Source of the DNA: Eledone cirrhosa | Taxonomy: Eukaryota | NCBI GenBank assembly: GCA_964016885.1 | Contig: OZ024743.1 | Span: forward strand, 328,786,001 to 328,850,000 | Length of the DNA stretch: 64,000 nucleotides | Direction: 5' to 3' | Part shown: positions 13,966-26,775 of the stretch, piece by piece | How positions within the stretch are numbered: position 1 is the stretch's first letter | Layout: each line of letters begins with the position of its first letter | Made by a program: the position numbers and the translations under genes | Notes under the pieces: generated by a model | What the model was told of the DNA's origin: nothing | The model's input: the letters and a program-made list of their open reading frames with translations, nothing else | Databases searched by the model: none

Positions 13966-16106
13966 AGTTGTGGTGTAGTTGTAGTTGTAGTCGTTCTTAT
14001 TTTTGTAGTTGCTGTTGTAATAGCAGATGTTGTAGTTGTGGTTGTAGTATTTGTTGTAGTTGTAGCAATAGTAGTTGTTGTTATAGTTACAGTTGTGGCT
14101 GTTGTGGGTATAGTAGTAGTAGTAGTAGTTGTGGTTGTTGTTGTAGTAGTTGTTGTTGTTGTAGTTGTGGTAGCAGTTGTAGTAGTTGTAGTAGTAGTAG
14201 TAGTTGTTGTAGTTGTGGTAGTAGTTGTAGTAGTTGTTGTAGTAGTAGTAGTAATCATAGTAGTTGTTGTAGTTGTGGTAGTAGTTGTAGTAGTTGTTGT
14301 AGTAGTAGTAGTAGTTGTAGTAGTTGTTGTAGTTGTAGTAGTAGTTGTAGTAGTTGTAGTAGTAGTAGTAGTAGTAGTTGCAGTTGTAGTTGTAGTAGTT
14401 GTTGTAGTAGTTGTAGTTGTAGTAGTAGTTGTAGTAGTAGTCGTTGTTGTAGTTGTAGTTGTAGTTGTGGTAGTAGTTGTAGTAGTTGTGGTAGTAGTTG
14501 TTGTGGTAGTAGTTGTAGTAGTTGTTGTAGTTGTAGTAGCAGTTGTAGTAGTTGTTGTAGTTGTGGTAGTAGTAGTTGTAGTTGTGGTAGTAGTTGTAGT
14601 AGTTGTGGTAGTAGTTGTAGTTGTGGTAGTAGTTGTAGTAGTTGTTGTAGTAGTAGTTGTAGTAGTTGTTGTAGTTGTGGTAGTAGTAGTTGTTGTAGTT
14701 GTGGTAGTAGTCGTTGTTGTAGTTGTAGTAGTTGTTGTAGTTGTGGTAGTAGTTGTCGTAGTTGTAGTAGTTGTTGTAGTTGTAGTAGTTGTTGTAGTTG
14801 TAGTAGTAGTTGTAGTAGTTGTTGTAGTAGTAGTAGTTGTAGTAGTTGTTATAGTTGTAGTAGTAGTTGTAGTAGTTGTAGTTGTAGTAGTAGTTGTACT
14901 AGTAGTTGTAGTTGTAGTAGTAGTCGTTGTTGTAGTTGTAGTAGTAGTTGTAGTAGTTGTTGTAGTAGTTGTTGTAGTAGTAGTTGTAGTTGTTGAAGTT
15001 GTGGTAGTAGTTGTTGTAGTTGTAGTAGCAGCTGTAGTAGTTGTAGTTGTGGTAGTAGTTGTAGTAGTTGTTGTAGTAGTTGTAGTAGTTGTAGTAGTTG
15101 TTGTAGTAGTTGTTGTAGTAGTTGTAGTAGTAGTTGTAGTAGTTGTAGTAGTTGTTGTAGTTGTGGTAGTAGTTGTAGTAGTTGTTGTAGTTGTGGTTGT
15201 AGTTGTTGTAGTAGCAGTTGTAGTTGTTGTAGTTGTTGTAATTGTGGTAGTAGTTCTAGTAATAGTAGTAGTAGTTGTAGTAGTAGTAGTAGTAGTAGTT
15301 GTAGTAGTTGTTGTAGTAGTAGTTGTAGTTGTAGTAGTAGTAGTAGTAGTTGTAGTAGTAGTTGTAGTAGTTGTTGTAGTAGTAGTTGTAGTTGTGATAG
15401 TAGTTGTAGTAGTTGTTGTAGTAGTAGTTGTAGTAGTTGTAGTTGTGGTAGTAGTTGTAGTAGTTGTTGTAGTAGTAGTTGTAGTTGTTGTAGTTGTGGT
15501 AGTAGTTGTTGTAGTTGTTGTAGTAGTTGTTGTAGTAGTTGTTGTAGTAGTAGTAGTTGTTGTAGTAGTTGTAGCAGCTGTAGTAGTTGTAGTAGCAGCT
15601 GTAGTAGTTGTGGTAGTAGTTGTTGTAGTTGTAGTAGTTGTTGTAGTTGTGGTAGTAGTTGTAGTAGTAGTTGTAGTTGTAGTAGCAGTTGTAGTTGTTG
15701 TAGTAGTTGTTGTAGTAGTAGTTGTAGTTGTAGTAGTAGTTGTAGTAGTTGTGGTAGTAGTTGTAGTTGTGGTAGTAGTTGTAGTAGTTGTTGTAGTTGT
15801 AGTAGCAGTTGTAGTTGTTGTAGTAGTAGTTGTAGTTGTGGTAGTAGTTGTAGTAGTTGTGGTAGTAGTTGTAGTTGTGGTAGTAGTTGTAGTAGTTGTA
15901 GTAGTTGTTGTAGTAGTTGTTGTAGTTGTTGTTGTAGTTGTTGTTGTAGTTGTGGTAGTAGTTGTAGCAGCAGTAGTAGTTGTTGTAGTTGTGGTAGTAG
16001 TTGTTGTAGTTGTAGTAGCAACAGTAGTAGTTGTTGTAGTTGTGGTAGTAGTTGTAGTAGTAGTTGTAGTTGTTGCTCTTGTTGTTGTTGCTATTGTTGT
16101 TGCTGC

Positions 16107-16148
<42 letters not shown>

Positions 16149-16150
16149 AC
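13966..16150. repeat. (GTA/GTT)n cryptic trinucleotide array
   Basis: Directly visible. Confidence 0.95.
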
Positions 16151-16620
16151 TTGTTTGTCTTTTTTGTTTTTTTCTACCAGGGTTATTAATCGTCCAGCTG
16201 TTACAGAAACGTGGGAGGTGGGATGGTGAACTCGGTGGAGCGACGGAGTAAATATTCTACATTATGTAGTCAGGTTTCATTACGGCCGTGGTCGATAAAG
16301 TACTAGTAATCTACTGGGTCGACAGCAACTATTACTAGTGTGCCTTATTAGTATAGTAGGAACATATTTCTTAATATATTATAACTCCACATAGTTGGAG
16401 ACACATTTTAAGGCCCGCTTCGGTCATGACCCCAAACTAGCTTCACTTAGTTGAGGACAGTAATAGGAACATGACCCTTAATATTCCATAGTTACTTTCA
16501 GTTGAAGACATTAATAGGGACATAGGCCCTAATGTATTATAGTTCCACTTAGTTGAGGACAATTGTAGGGACATGACCACTAATATATCATAGTTCCACT
16601 TTGTTGAGGGCACTAGTGGA

Positions 16621-17415
16621 GTTTTTGGCATAGTTGAGGATACCAGAGGTGTCTTTGGTATAATTGAGGGTACCAGTGTTGCCTTTGGTACAGTTAAGGG
16701 TACCAGAGGTGTGTATGGTATAATTGAGGGTACCAGAGGTGTCTATGGTACAGTTAAGGGTACCAGTGGTGTCTATGGTACAGTTAAGGGTACAATAGGT
16801 GTCTTTGGTACAGTTAAGGGTACCAGTGGTGTCTTTGGTATAGTTGAGGGTACCAGTGGTGTCTTTGGTACAGTTAAAGGTACCAGTGGTGTCTTTGGCA
16901 CAGTTAAGGGTACCAGTGGTGTCTTTGGTACTGTTGAGGGTACCAGTGGTGTCTTTGGTATAGTTGAGGGTACCAGTGGTGTCTTTGGTATAGTTGAGGG
17001 TACCAGTGGTGTCTTTGGTACAGTTAAGGGTACCAGTGGTGTCTTTGGTACAGTTAAGGGTACCAGTGGTGTCTTTGGTACAGTTGAGGGTACCAGAGGT
17101 ATCTATGGTACAGTTGAGGGTACCAGAGGTGTCTATGGTACAGTTGAGGGTACCAGAGGTATCTATTGTACAGTTGAGGGTACCAGAGGTATCTATTGTA
17201 CAGTTGAGGGTACCAGAGGTGTCTATGGTACAGTTGAGGGTACCAGAGGTGTCTATGGTACAGTTGAGGGTACCAGAGGTGTCTATTGTACAGTTGAGGG
17301 TACCAGAGGTGTCTATGGTACAGTTGAGGGTACCAGAGGTGTCTATTGTACAGTTGAGGGTACCAGAGGTGTCTATGGTACAGTTAAGGGTACCAGAGGT
17401 GTCTTTGGTATAGTT
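16621..17415. repeat. 30-bp minisatellite, ~26 copies
   Basis: Unit GTCT(T/A)TGGTACAGTT(G/A)AGGGTACCAG(T/A)GGT. Confidence 0.95.
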
Positions 17416-17943
17416 GGGGTCACCAGTGTACCTGTATTAAATACATCCTACCTCTACATAGTTGGGGTCACCAGTGTACCTGTATTAAATACATCCTACC
17501 TCTACATAGTTGGGGGTCACCAGTGTACCTGTATTAAATACATCCTACCTCTACATAGTTGGGGGTCACCAGTGTACCTGTATTAAATACATCCTACCTC
17601 TACATAGTTGGGGGTCACCAGTGTACCTGTATTAAATACATCCTACCTCTACATAGTTGGGGGTCACCAGTGTACCTGTATTAAATACATCCTACCTCTA
17701 CATAGTTGGGGTCACCAGTGTACCTGTATTAAATACATCCTACCTCTACATAGTTGGGGGTCACCAGTGTACCTGTATTAAATACATCCTACCTCTACAT
17801 AGTTGGGGGTCACCAGTGTACCTGTATTAAATACATCCTACCTCTACATAGTTGGGGGTCACCAGTGTACCTGTATTAAATACATCCTACCTCTACATAG
17901 TTGGGGGTCACCAGTGTACCTGTATTAAATACATCCTACCTCT
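17411..17943. repeat. 48/49-bp minisatellite, ~11 near-identical copies
   Basis: Unit AGTTGGGG(G)TCACCAGTGTACCTGTATTAAATACATCCTACCTCTACAT; only the G-run length varies. Confidence 0.95.
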
Positions 17944-18289
17944 CTGTGATCAAAGATGTTCTCTTTGTCTCGTTGACATTATTGTTGTTGTTGGTGTAGT
18001 TGTTGTTATTGTTGTTGTTGTAGTTACAGTTGTCATTGTTGCTGTTGTTGTTACTGCCGTTGGTGTTGTCGTTGTTGCTGCTGTTGTTGTAACTGTCGTT
18101 GGCGTTGGTACGGTTGTTGTTGTTGTTGTTAGTGTCGTTGTTGTTGTTGTTAGTGTCGTCGTCGTCGTCGTCGTCGTTGTTGTTGTTGTTGCAGCTGTAG
18201 GTATTGTTTATGGTTGCCTGTTGTCAATTATGTGACCCGGATTCAATTGTGGGTCGGAAACAATGGACTTCACTGACGTCACCAATATT

Positions 18290-19215
18290 GTGGTGGTGGT
18301 GGTGGTGGTGGTGGTTAATGTGGTTGTGGTAGAGGTGGTGGTGGTGCTGATTGGTATTTGTGGTTGTGGTGGTGGTGGTGGTAGTGGTTGTGGTAGAGGT
18401 GGTGGTGGTGCTGATTGGTGTTTGTGGTTGTGGCGATGGTGGTGGTAGTGGTTGTGGTAGAGGTGGTGGTGGTGGTGGTGGTTAATGTGGTTGTGGTAGA
18501 GGTGGTGGTGGTGCTGATTGGTATTTGTGGTTGTGGCGATGGTGGTGGTAGTGGTTGTGGTAGAGGTGGTGGTGGTGCTGATTGGTATTTGTGGTGGTGG
18601 TGGTGGTGGTGGTTAATGTGGTTGTGGTAGAGGTGGTGGTGGTGCTGATTGGTATTTGTGGTTGTGGCGATGGTGGTGGTAGTGGTGGTGGTAGTGGTAG
18701 TGGTGGTGGTAGAGGTAGTAGTAATAGTGGTGGTGGTGGTGGTTAAGGTGGTTGTGGCAGAGGAGGTGGTGGTGCTGATTGGTGTTTGTGGTTGTGGTGG
18801 TGGTAGTCGTAGTGGTGGTAGTCGTGGTGGTGGTGGTGGTGGTGGTGGTAGAGGTGGTGGTAGTAGTGGTGGTGGTGGTAGAGGTGGTGGTAGAGGTGGT
18901 GGTAGAGGTGGTGGTAGTAGTGGTGGTGGTGGTAGTGGTGGTGGTAGAGGTGGTGGTAGAGGTGGTGGTAGAGGTGGTGGTAGAGGTGGTAGTAGTGGTG
19001 GTGGTGGTAGAGGTGGTAGAGGTGGTGGTAGTAGTGGTGGTGGTAGAGGTGGTGGTAGAGGTGGTGGTGGTAGAGGTGGTGGTAGAGGTGGTGGTGGTAG
19101 AGGTGGTAGAGGTGGTGGTATAGGTGGTGGTAGTAGTGGGGGTGGTAGAGGTGGTGGTAGAGGTGGTGGTGGTAGAGGTGGTGGTAGAGGTGGGGGTAGA
19201 GATGGTGGTGGGTGG
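18290..19215. repeat. (GGT)n/GGTAGA G-rich repeat with recurring GTGCTGATTGGT(A/G)TTTG units
   Basis: Directly visible. Confidence 0.9.
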
Positions 19216-19798
19216 GAATGGAAATATCTACAAATATCCAGATATCACAATAGAACGTTTCTAGGCAAAATAGTGGAACCTCGAAGTGAAGAGGATGTGG
19301 GTGGGGATCCATATGTATCGGGCAGAAGAGAATACTAGAGCTACATCCACTACCAACCATGGCCATCGCGTCGACTAAGACTTGAAAGACTGTTCCAATT
19401 GCTAGCTCCACAATGAGAGAGAGAGGGATGGAGGTAAAGTGAGAGAGAGAGTGTGAGAGGGAGAGAAAGGGAGAGAGAGAGTGTGAGAGGGAGAGAAAGG
19501 GAGAGAGAGAGAGAGGGAGAGAAAGGGAGAGAGAGTGAGAGGGAGAGAAAGGGAGAGAGAGTGAGTGAGAGAGGGAGAGAGGGAGAAAGAGTGAGAGAGT
19601 GAGTGAGAGAGTGAGAGCGAGTGAGTGAGTGAGTATGATTGAAAATGATATTGAGAAACAGAGAGAAAAAAGAGGAGGAGAAAAAGAGAGAGTGAAAGAG
19701 AGAGTGAGAGAGGGTGAGAAAGAGAGAAAGGGAGAGAGAGAAAGAAAGCGGGAGAGAGAAAGAGAGAGAGGGAGAGAGAGAGAGAAGAGAGAGAGGGA

Positions 19799-19843
<45 letters not shown>

Positions 19844-19877
19844 TGAGGGAGAAAAATAAAGAATGAAAGACGTTTCC

Positions 19878-19910
19878 TTTCAGATGAAGTGGTCGCCCCG
19901 AAACGTTAAA
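19878..19910 (+). ncRNA. Decayed minimal type I hammerhead ribozyme motif
   Basis: TTT-CAGATGA-A-GTGG-TCG-CCCC-GAAAC-GTT-AAA; same layout as the 63.3 kb motif but with U4>A and a stem II mismatch. Confidence 0.5.
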
Positions 19911-20091
19911 TTCCTTTTCTATCAATGATATGAATATTTATCCGAATTAATCAACTTTTCTCAATAATTGTCGCTGGCACAGACATCCCCCATCCCGGCC
20001 ATCAACAAGACCGCCCCACCACCACCACCACCAACAACAGCACCACCACCGCCATCACCACCACCACCACCGCCATCAACACCACCACCGC

Positions 20092-23000
20092 CGAAGAGAA
20101 AAGTGTCTGTCTTCAGTCCTTTCAACCTCGTCCACCATACAACCTCTTTCGCTACTGCCACCAGACAGAGGAAAATTGCCTGCCCTTCCTGGCCAAAAGA
20201 AGGCTGCGGGTCGATCTTCACTATGGACTCGGCCGATAGCCGGATCCGTTCTACACGCGACAACAGCTGTTCAACATAACTCCACAAGTCAGTAATGCAC
20301 GGACACTGGACGAATGTGTGCAGAACGGTTTCGTCGCTCTGCACGCATCTCGGGCAGGTCCGTCTGACAGCACTTCCGTGCCTGTAGAGTTTATCTCGAA
20401 CCGGCAGTGCCCCCCGGTAGCACTGCCAAGCGAGGGATTTTTGGAAATAATCCATCGTCCCCGGCTCGAAAATCTTCCGGTACAGACTGGTTAGTTCGAC
20501 TTCGTTGACTCCCAAAGCCTCTCCGAGTGCGTCGTCGCACTTGCCCACCACTAATCCTCTATAGAACTCGAGAGTGGAAGTTCCACTGACCGCATTGCCC
20601 GCCTGGTAGAGGGCAGTGAGTGCCTGGCAACATTCCAGATGCCAGTCACCCAGTCTCGGTCTCTTCTTGACCCAGGACTGCAACTCAGTCAAAGAAACGA
20701 GCTGCGGAAAGGCCCGTCTGACAAACGGCGACCACACCTGTTCACCGTTTAGGCAGAATATCTGGAGATGCCGCAGCCTCAGCGCGTGCCTGCGCATCAT
20801 TAGCCACGGCATGCCCAGCCCTCCACGTAGAGGGTGCTGGCAGCAGATGGACTGCCTCACCAGCGGAACCTGACCCCTCCACAAGAATTTGAAGAGGAGC
20901 CGCTCCAAGTTAGCGAGGCGCGAACGGGGGCAAGGGACGACAGTCAAACGGTAGTAGATGAGGACGCGATGTACGCGTTCGCCACCTCCGCCCGACCTTT
21001 CAGTGATAGCTTCATCCCAGCCCATTTCTGGGTGAGACTGACTACCCTGCCCGTCACCTCCCAATTCTTATCCACCTGGAGGTCTGGCCCGAACCAAACC
21101 CCTAGCAACTTTACCGGTCCGTCCGTCCAGCGCCTAACGACGCTGTTGGACGGCATGGACTTGCCTCTCCAGGTGCCAAGTTGCAAGCCCACTGACTTTT
21201 CCGGGTTAAGTTTTGCTCCCGTCAACCTTTCATATTCCTCCAATAAGTTGCCGACCACCTCGATTTCTGAGGTGTCCGACACCATCACGGTGATGTTGTC
21301 CGCATAAGCCGACACAGCCTTTCCGCGTCCCGGTTCGAGCGGGATGCCTTGCAACAGCTCCAGCTTGCGCAGTAAAGGCTCGAGAGTCAATACGTACAGA
21401 AGGGAAGAGAGAGGGCAACCTTGACGGACCGATCGGGAGACCTGAAACGGTTCCGAGAGGTGGCCATTAATTTTGACCATCGAGCAGGTGCCGCTGTGCA
21501 TTGCAGCGAACCAGCTTCTGAAGACGGGGCCGAAGCCAGCCGCCTTGAGGACAGCCTCCAGGTACCGATGGTCGACCCTATCGAATGCTTTCGATTGATC
21601 TAAATTGATCAGAGCCCCACCGAAGCCAGGTTTACACCCTACCCTCTCTATGATGTATCGCATTAGGTGGAGGTTGTCGTGTATGGACCTGGTTGGGATT
21701 GCGCAAGTTTGCGCCTCCCCTACCAAATCCCCGACGACAAGCGCCAACCTCTTCGCTAACACCCTGGCCAAAATCTTAAACTCTGTGTTGAGCAGAGTTA
21801 TGGGCCTGAAATTGTCTAATGTGCCCCTCTTGTTCTCGTCTTTCCTTATCAGCGTCACTACGCCCCGGCTCACAGAACTGGGAATACTCCCGTGTTGCTG
21901 CCAGTTGCAGTAGAGCGCTTCGAGGAGATTGGAGAACAAGTCTGGCATGTTTACGTAAAGCTCGTAGGGCAGACCATCCAAACCGAGTGATTTGCGCCTC
22001 ATGCAGCCTACATGGGCATCCTGAATCTCGGCTGAAGTAATTGGCCTTTCGCAGCGCCCAGCGTCAGCCGTCGAGAGTTGCGGCAAGCCATCGAAGTAGG
22101 GACTGAAGTTCGCCACCATCTCTGACCCGCCATTTCCCTCGAACAACCGAGCAAAATGTTGGCGAAAGGCCTCACACATCCTCTTGGAATCGCTCAGCTC
22201 GAGCCCGTCTCGGTCCGTCAAAGACCGAATCGTGGTTTTATTTCCACACTGCGCCTCTGCCACGCGGGCCCATCGAACAGCTTTGGTTCCCTCGTTTCTC
22301 AGAGCACGCGCCTTAGCTCTGACAATGCAACCTTCGTGTTTCGCATTGAAGAAATGGTCTAATGCCATTCTCGCCGCTAGCACATCAGTTGCAATGCCAC
22401 TACCAATAGCCTCGTCTAACTTATATACCAACTCTCCCTCCTTTCTATTTTTCTCTAATGCTACTTCTTTGCTAAACTCTATCGACATTACTCTAATCTC
22501 TCTTTTGAGAGCCCTCCACCATCTATTGTTGACGACTCCCCCTGTCAACTTTTTCTTAACTAAATTGTTGACCTGGTCCCTGTAAGCCTTACGTGCCGGA
22601 AATGACATGTTTAGCTTCCAGTAACCAGGTCCTAACCTACGCGTCTTATCTAGGTCGACCGTACAGATCACAAACTTGTGATCTGAATAGGCGACCGTTT
22701 CAAAACGTGGACAGCTTACACTATTTCTGTCTATTTTCCTAATGAATATCCTGTCTATATACGATCTAGATGACCCTATGCGGTTAGCCCAGGTCCACAC
22801 TGGCACATTAGGGAAATCTAGTCGGTACCTGTCAGACAGTTGGAACTGGCTGATCAGGTTCTTGAGGCTTTTGCACCCCCGCTCCTATCGGATACTCCCA
22901 CACAGTCCCAGCGTGCGTCTAAGATGCCGTTCCAGTCCCTCGCTAACAGTAAAGGGCGAGACGTACCCAGAAAGGCTTCCAGGCGTCTAAAGAAGTCCGG

Positions 23001-23357
23001 CCGTCCTGCCCCTGTAGGAGCATGGACGGCCACCAGTCTAATGGCACCACCTTCATTATTGTTCACGTCCAGGACCACCAACTTCCCGTCCGGGTCCCGG
23101 AAGATCGACCTTACCTCGAGATCCAGGCCTTTCCTAAACAGCACTGCCACCCCGCCTCCCATTCCCGGCTGGCTAACAGATGCAAAGATCTGATAGTCGT
23201 CGAAAATGGAGGCTACTGCGCACGTGTCGGAAATCCTGGTCTCGCTGACTGCAATTACATCCATTTCTATAGACCTGAGGTCGTTGAGCAGGTGACCCTG
23301 CTTCCAGGACGATACCAGGCCTCGAACATGTAAACATCCTACTCTTAATACGGCCAT
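20092..23357 (-). pseudogene. LINE ORF2 (AP endonuclease + reverse transcriptase + zf-RVT), at least 2 frameshifts
   Basis: APE: HVRGL, DVIAVSET, RDWN, YIDRIF, SDHKFV. RT: FRPITLLNTEFKI, LDQSKAFDRVDH, VRQGCPLS, YADN (YADD mutated). C-terminal CPRC..ETVLHTFVQC. Confidence 0.92.
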
Positions 23358-23388
23358 GTTGGCAGGTTAAACAGAGAGAGAGGAAGGT

Positions 23389-25377
23389 TTACTTACCTTC
23401 CGGGCTCTTGTGAAGGTCGGGTTGTTCGACCTCCATAGTTAATGGGGTTTCTTTTGGGAACCCCTTTAAAAGTCTTGAAGTGGGTTTTACATTCGGGGTT
23501 CCCACGTCCCGAGGAAAGCTGTCTCGTATTTCTTTGAATATGTCGAGCGACATTCGCACCAGAACCAAATCTTCCGGCACGCGAAATGTGCTCGATTTAA
23601 ACATTTCCCCCTCTTTTTGTATATTTTCACTTCGTGCTACGAGGGCCATCAGTTCCTTGTTGGCTCTCCTGACGAGCACGAAGTTTTGTATGTTTTGTTG
23701 GTGTGATTTTATTTGTTTGCGTGGCTGTGGTGGTGGTGATGGTTTTGGTGGTGTTGTTTTGGTTGTATCTGTGTTTGTTGCGAGTGCGGTGTCTGTGGTT
23801 TCAGATGTTTGTGTGTATATTTGTTCTTGCGTCTGTTTCGGTTGCTTGCGTTTGGGGGATTCTGGTGATAGTGATGGTGGTGTTGATGTTGGTGTTATTG
23901 GAGAGATGTTTGCGTGGGTGGTGTCTGCGTTTTTATTGTGGGTGCTTTTGTGCTTTGTTGAGTTTTTTTTTTCCTTTTTGTGTTTCCTTTTTTTTTTGTA
24001 TTTTGGGGGATTTTGGATTTCCCTCATCTTCACTACTGGCAGATGAGGGGTCTGTGTCTGTAAGTGTGTTTGTATGTATGTTTAAGGTTTTATTGGTGTG
24101 TGTATTTTTGGGGGGGAGGGGGAATTTGACAGCTTTCCTCGTTTCCCCCCTGGGTGGTCAATGTTGGTGGTGTTTTTTCTATTGGTGTTGTTGTTGGTGG
24201 TTTTGCCGGTGTAGGTGTTGGTTGTGGTCCTCGCCCCGGTGTCGGCAGCAGTGGAGCCTTTCGACCCCTTGCCTCTTTCAGCAGTTGAGGGCAGAAGGCT
24301 CGCAAATGGGTTTTTTCCCCACAAACAAAACACTGCGGCCTTTTGCCTTCGGTCACAATGTGAATGACAGTCCCATTCTGAAGTCGGATATGGTCTGGGA
24401 TTGTCTTCACATTCTCGGGCCTGATCTGGAGAAGGATCTCCAGGTCAACCCCGGACCAGTCCTCTCTGGCCGTTCTGGTCACTTCTATAGGGACTGTATC
24501 CGTCCCCTCCACAATCACACATCTCAGAAGCCACCATATGTCAAGTCCTGGTGGGATTCTGGGAATGCGGAGACGGGCCGTTCTTTTTCCCATGTGGGAG
24601 GGGTACATTATGACCTTGCTGGTTTTGCAAGGAGTCATGGCGTGTTTCATCGCGAGGGCTTCTGACTTGAACAACACCGAAATGGTGCCGTACTGTCTGC
24701 CCCTCTCTATGTACTGGGTGTCTTCTCTGATGCACCTCAGCGCGACTTCGATATCTTCTTGTGGGATTAAAGCTGCCCTTTTGGTTTGTGCTGAGATGCA
24801 TCTATAATGCACCGTTTTGCGCTCCACTGCCTCAATAGCTTCTACCGGGATAGTTAAGTTGACCCAAGTTTGCTCTTGCTTGATGAGCTTCCATGCCTGG
24901 GCCAAGTTTTCTCTTTGTTTGAGAGGTCCATGTTGAAGCATGGCCTCTTTTTTGCTGCTGCCGCAGCGAAAGTGGTCTTGTTTTCGTTGGGGGGTGTTGT
25001 TGACGTTGTTCTTGTTGGTGTTGTTGTTAGCACTGTCGCTGTTATCATTGTTGTCTTTGTTGCCACCGTTGTTCTCTGTGCCGTTGGTATTGTTGATGCT
25101 GGTGGTGTTGTCGCTATTTGTTTTCATGTTAGTGGTGTTGATATTGTTGTTGTATTTGTTATTTTTTTTTTTTGTTATCTGTATTTTCGTTGTCGTTGTT
25201 ACTGTCATTTTTTTCAAAATTAGAGTTCTCATTGGTATCATTGGTGTCTTTGTTTACCTTGTTTGTGGTGGTGTTTGTGTTATCAATGTGTGTTAATTTC
25301 GCTGTAGCACTCCTCTCAACTTCTACGTCGTTGTCGCACGACAGCCGACATATCGCTGGGGGCGTGGCTCAGCCATG
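23389..25377 (-). pseudogene. LINE ORF1 (gag-like, zinc knuckle), broken by frameshifts
   Basis: ORFs 24090-25241 (CFVCGEKTHLRAFC) and 23389-24033; candidate ATG at 25377; Asn/Thr-rich N-terminus; stop ~30 nt before the ORF2 ATG. Confidence 0.8.
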
Positions 25378-25589
25378 TTTTTTTTTCTTCGTAAATTTTT
25401 TAACGTAAAAAAAGTTCAAATATTTGGGCCAAAAGGCCCAAATATTATACTTTCCCCTTCACAGCGTAAAGTCTAAGAGCTTATATCCCTTACACAACAA
25501 GAAATATTTAACAACAAATAATTTAAACAGGCAAATAAAGCGATACTGTGAGCGAGCAAAATACGTCCGCTTAGACCAATAATAATAAT

Positions 25590-25770
25590 AATAATTGTTT
25601 CTACTTTAGGCACAAGGCCAGCAATTATCCCAGTGCATTACTGGTACTTTATTTTATCGACCCCGTAAGGATGAAAGGCAAAGTTAACCTCGACGGGATT
25701 TGAACTCAGACTGTAAAGGGACGTAACTATGCTGGAAAACATGGCGTCCAACCCTCTACTGATACTGCCG
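25590..25770 (-). mobile_element. SINE family A copy
   Basis: Same body as 11006-11193; its (TAA)n tail directly abuts the Tx1 5' end. Confidence 0.85.
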
Positions 25771-25844
25771 TAGTCCAAATAATAATGTTGAGGGGGGGGG
25801 GAGGTTTGGAAAATCATTAATTTTTCTAGGTTGTTTCTTCTATA

Positions 25845-26233
25845 TACTCCCGGGTTCCAAATAATAGGGGTGTGAAATAAATGGTGGCGCGAGTGTGTGG
25901 AATAAGCGGGTGGGGAGATCGGTAATTTTTCTAGGTTGTCTCAGTTGAATATTTTTAAAAAACCAGAATTAGTCGTTTAGTTTACATATTGAGACCCCAA
26001 CCCATCATATATATTTTATAACGTTTGGGATTTCTAGTAATGTCCTGGTTTTTGTCATGTATAATGTTCTTTAATGTATAAAGAAAATTAATTGCCGCAG
26101 GAATGTTACCACATAAAATAAATTTCGCCGGAGATAGATTAGCAAAATTTAATAAAGGGGTGGTGGGGCGGTGTGAAAAACCTTGAAAAATTAATAAGCG
26201 GGGCGGGAAGAGTTTGTTCGAGACCCCAGAGTA
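25845..26233. mobile_element. Putative TA-flanked MITE with ~20-bp imperfect TIRs
   Basis: Left TACTCCCGGGTTCCAAATAA; reverse complement of right end TACTCTGGGGTCTCGAACAA; internal AATAA(G/A)(C/G)GGG motifs. Confidence 0.5.
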
Positions 26234-26371
26234 GTGGAGAGGAATTGATCTCCATCAGTTTGGAAGATGAGTGTTCCAGTTGTTCGATCAACGGAGAAGC
26301 CTGCACATGGAATTAACACACATACATACATACATACATACATACATACATACATACATACATACATACAT

Positions 26372-26402
<31 letters not shown>

Positions 26403-26469
26403 TACACACATTCATACATACACACACACATACATACATACATACATACATACATACATGCATACATAT

Positions 26470-26775
26470 ATCTACGGACCATTAATAGGAATTTGCAGAT
26501 CCAGATCCAAGATACACCTTCAGCTTCATACCCATCATTATTGGAGCTACAGGTTATATACCAACCCGCTTGGACCAAAGTATGACTGAACTTGGATTTG
26601 TGGACAAAGAGCGCAGATCCCTAATTCATAGACAACAAATGGCTGCGATAGCTGACACCTTCAAAATTTGCAAAACATTCTTGTGATTCAAGGAATGACA
26701 ATTTCTTTTCTTTTACAACCTTACTACCAGGAAGGTGGCCGGTCAAAATGTACTCGAAATTAAGAGAAAGAGAAA
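26470..26775 (+). mobile_element. R4/Dong-like RLE LINE 3' fragment embedded in (TACA)n
   Basis: Translates (with frameshift) to RNLQIQ..PRYTFSFIPIIIGATGYIP..LGF..KICKTFL*, homologous to 40758-41069. Confidence 0.8.

Larger units (their letters stand above)
20092..25577 (-). mobile_element. Tx1/L1-clade non-LTR retrotransposon, near full-length, frameshifted, 3' end missing
   Basis: 5' UTR, ORF1 with CCHC knuckle, and ORF2 with APE, RT and zf-RVT; 5' end abuts (TAA)n and the 3' end is replaced by (GGT)n. Confidence 0.93.

Noticed and set aside
11568-13978. Cys/Gly-rich ORFs resembling keratin-associated proteins
   Set aside because: They derive from the GGT/TGT repeat; the frame shifts and stops at every higher-order unit
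16621-17943. CRISPR-like array
   Set aside because: Head-to-tail repeats without unique spacers, no cas genes, eukaryotic context
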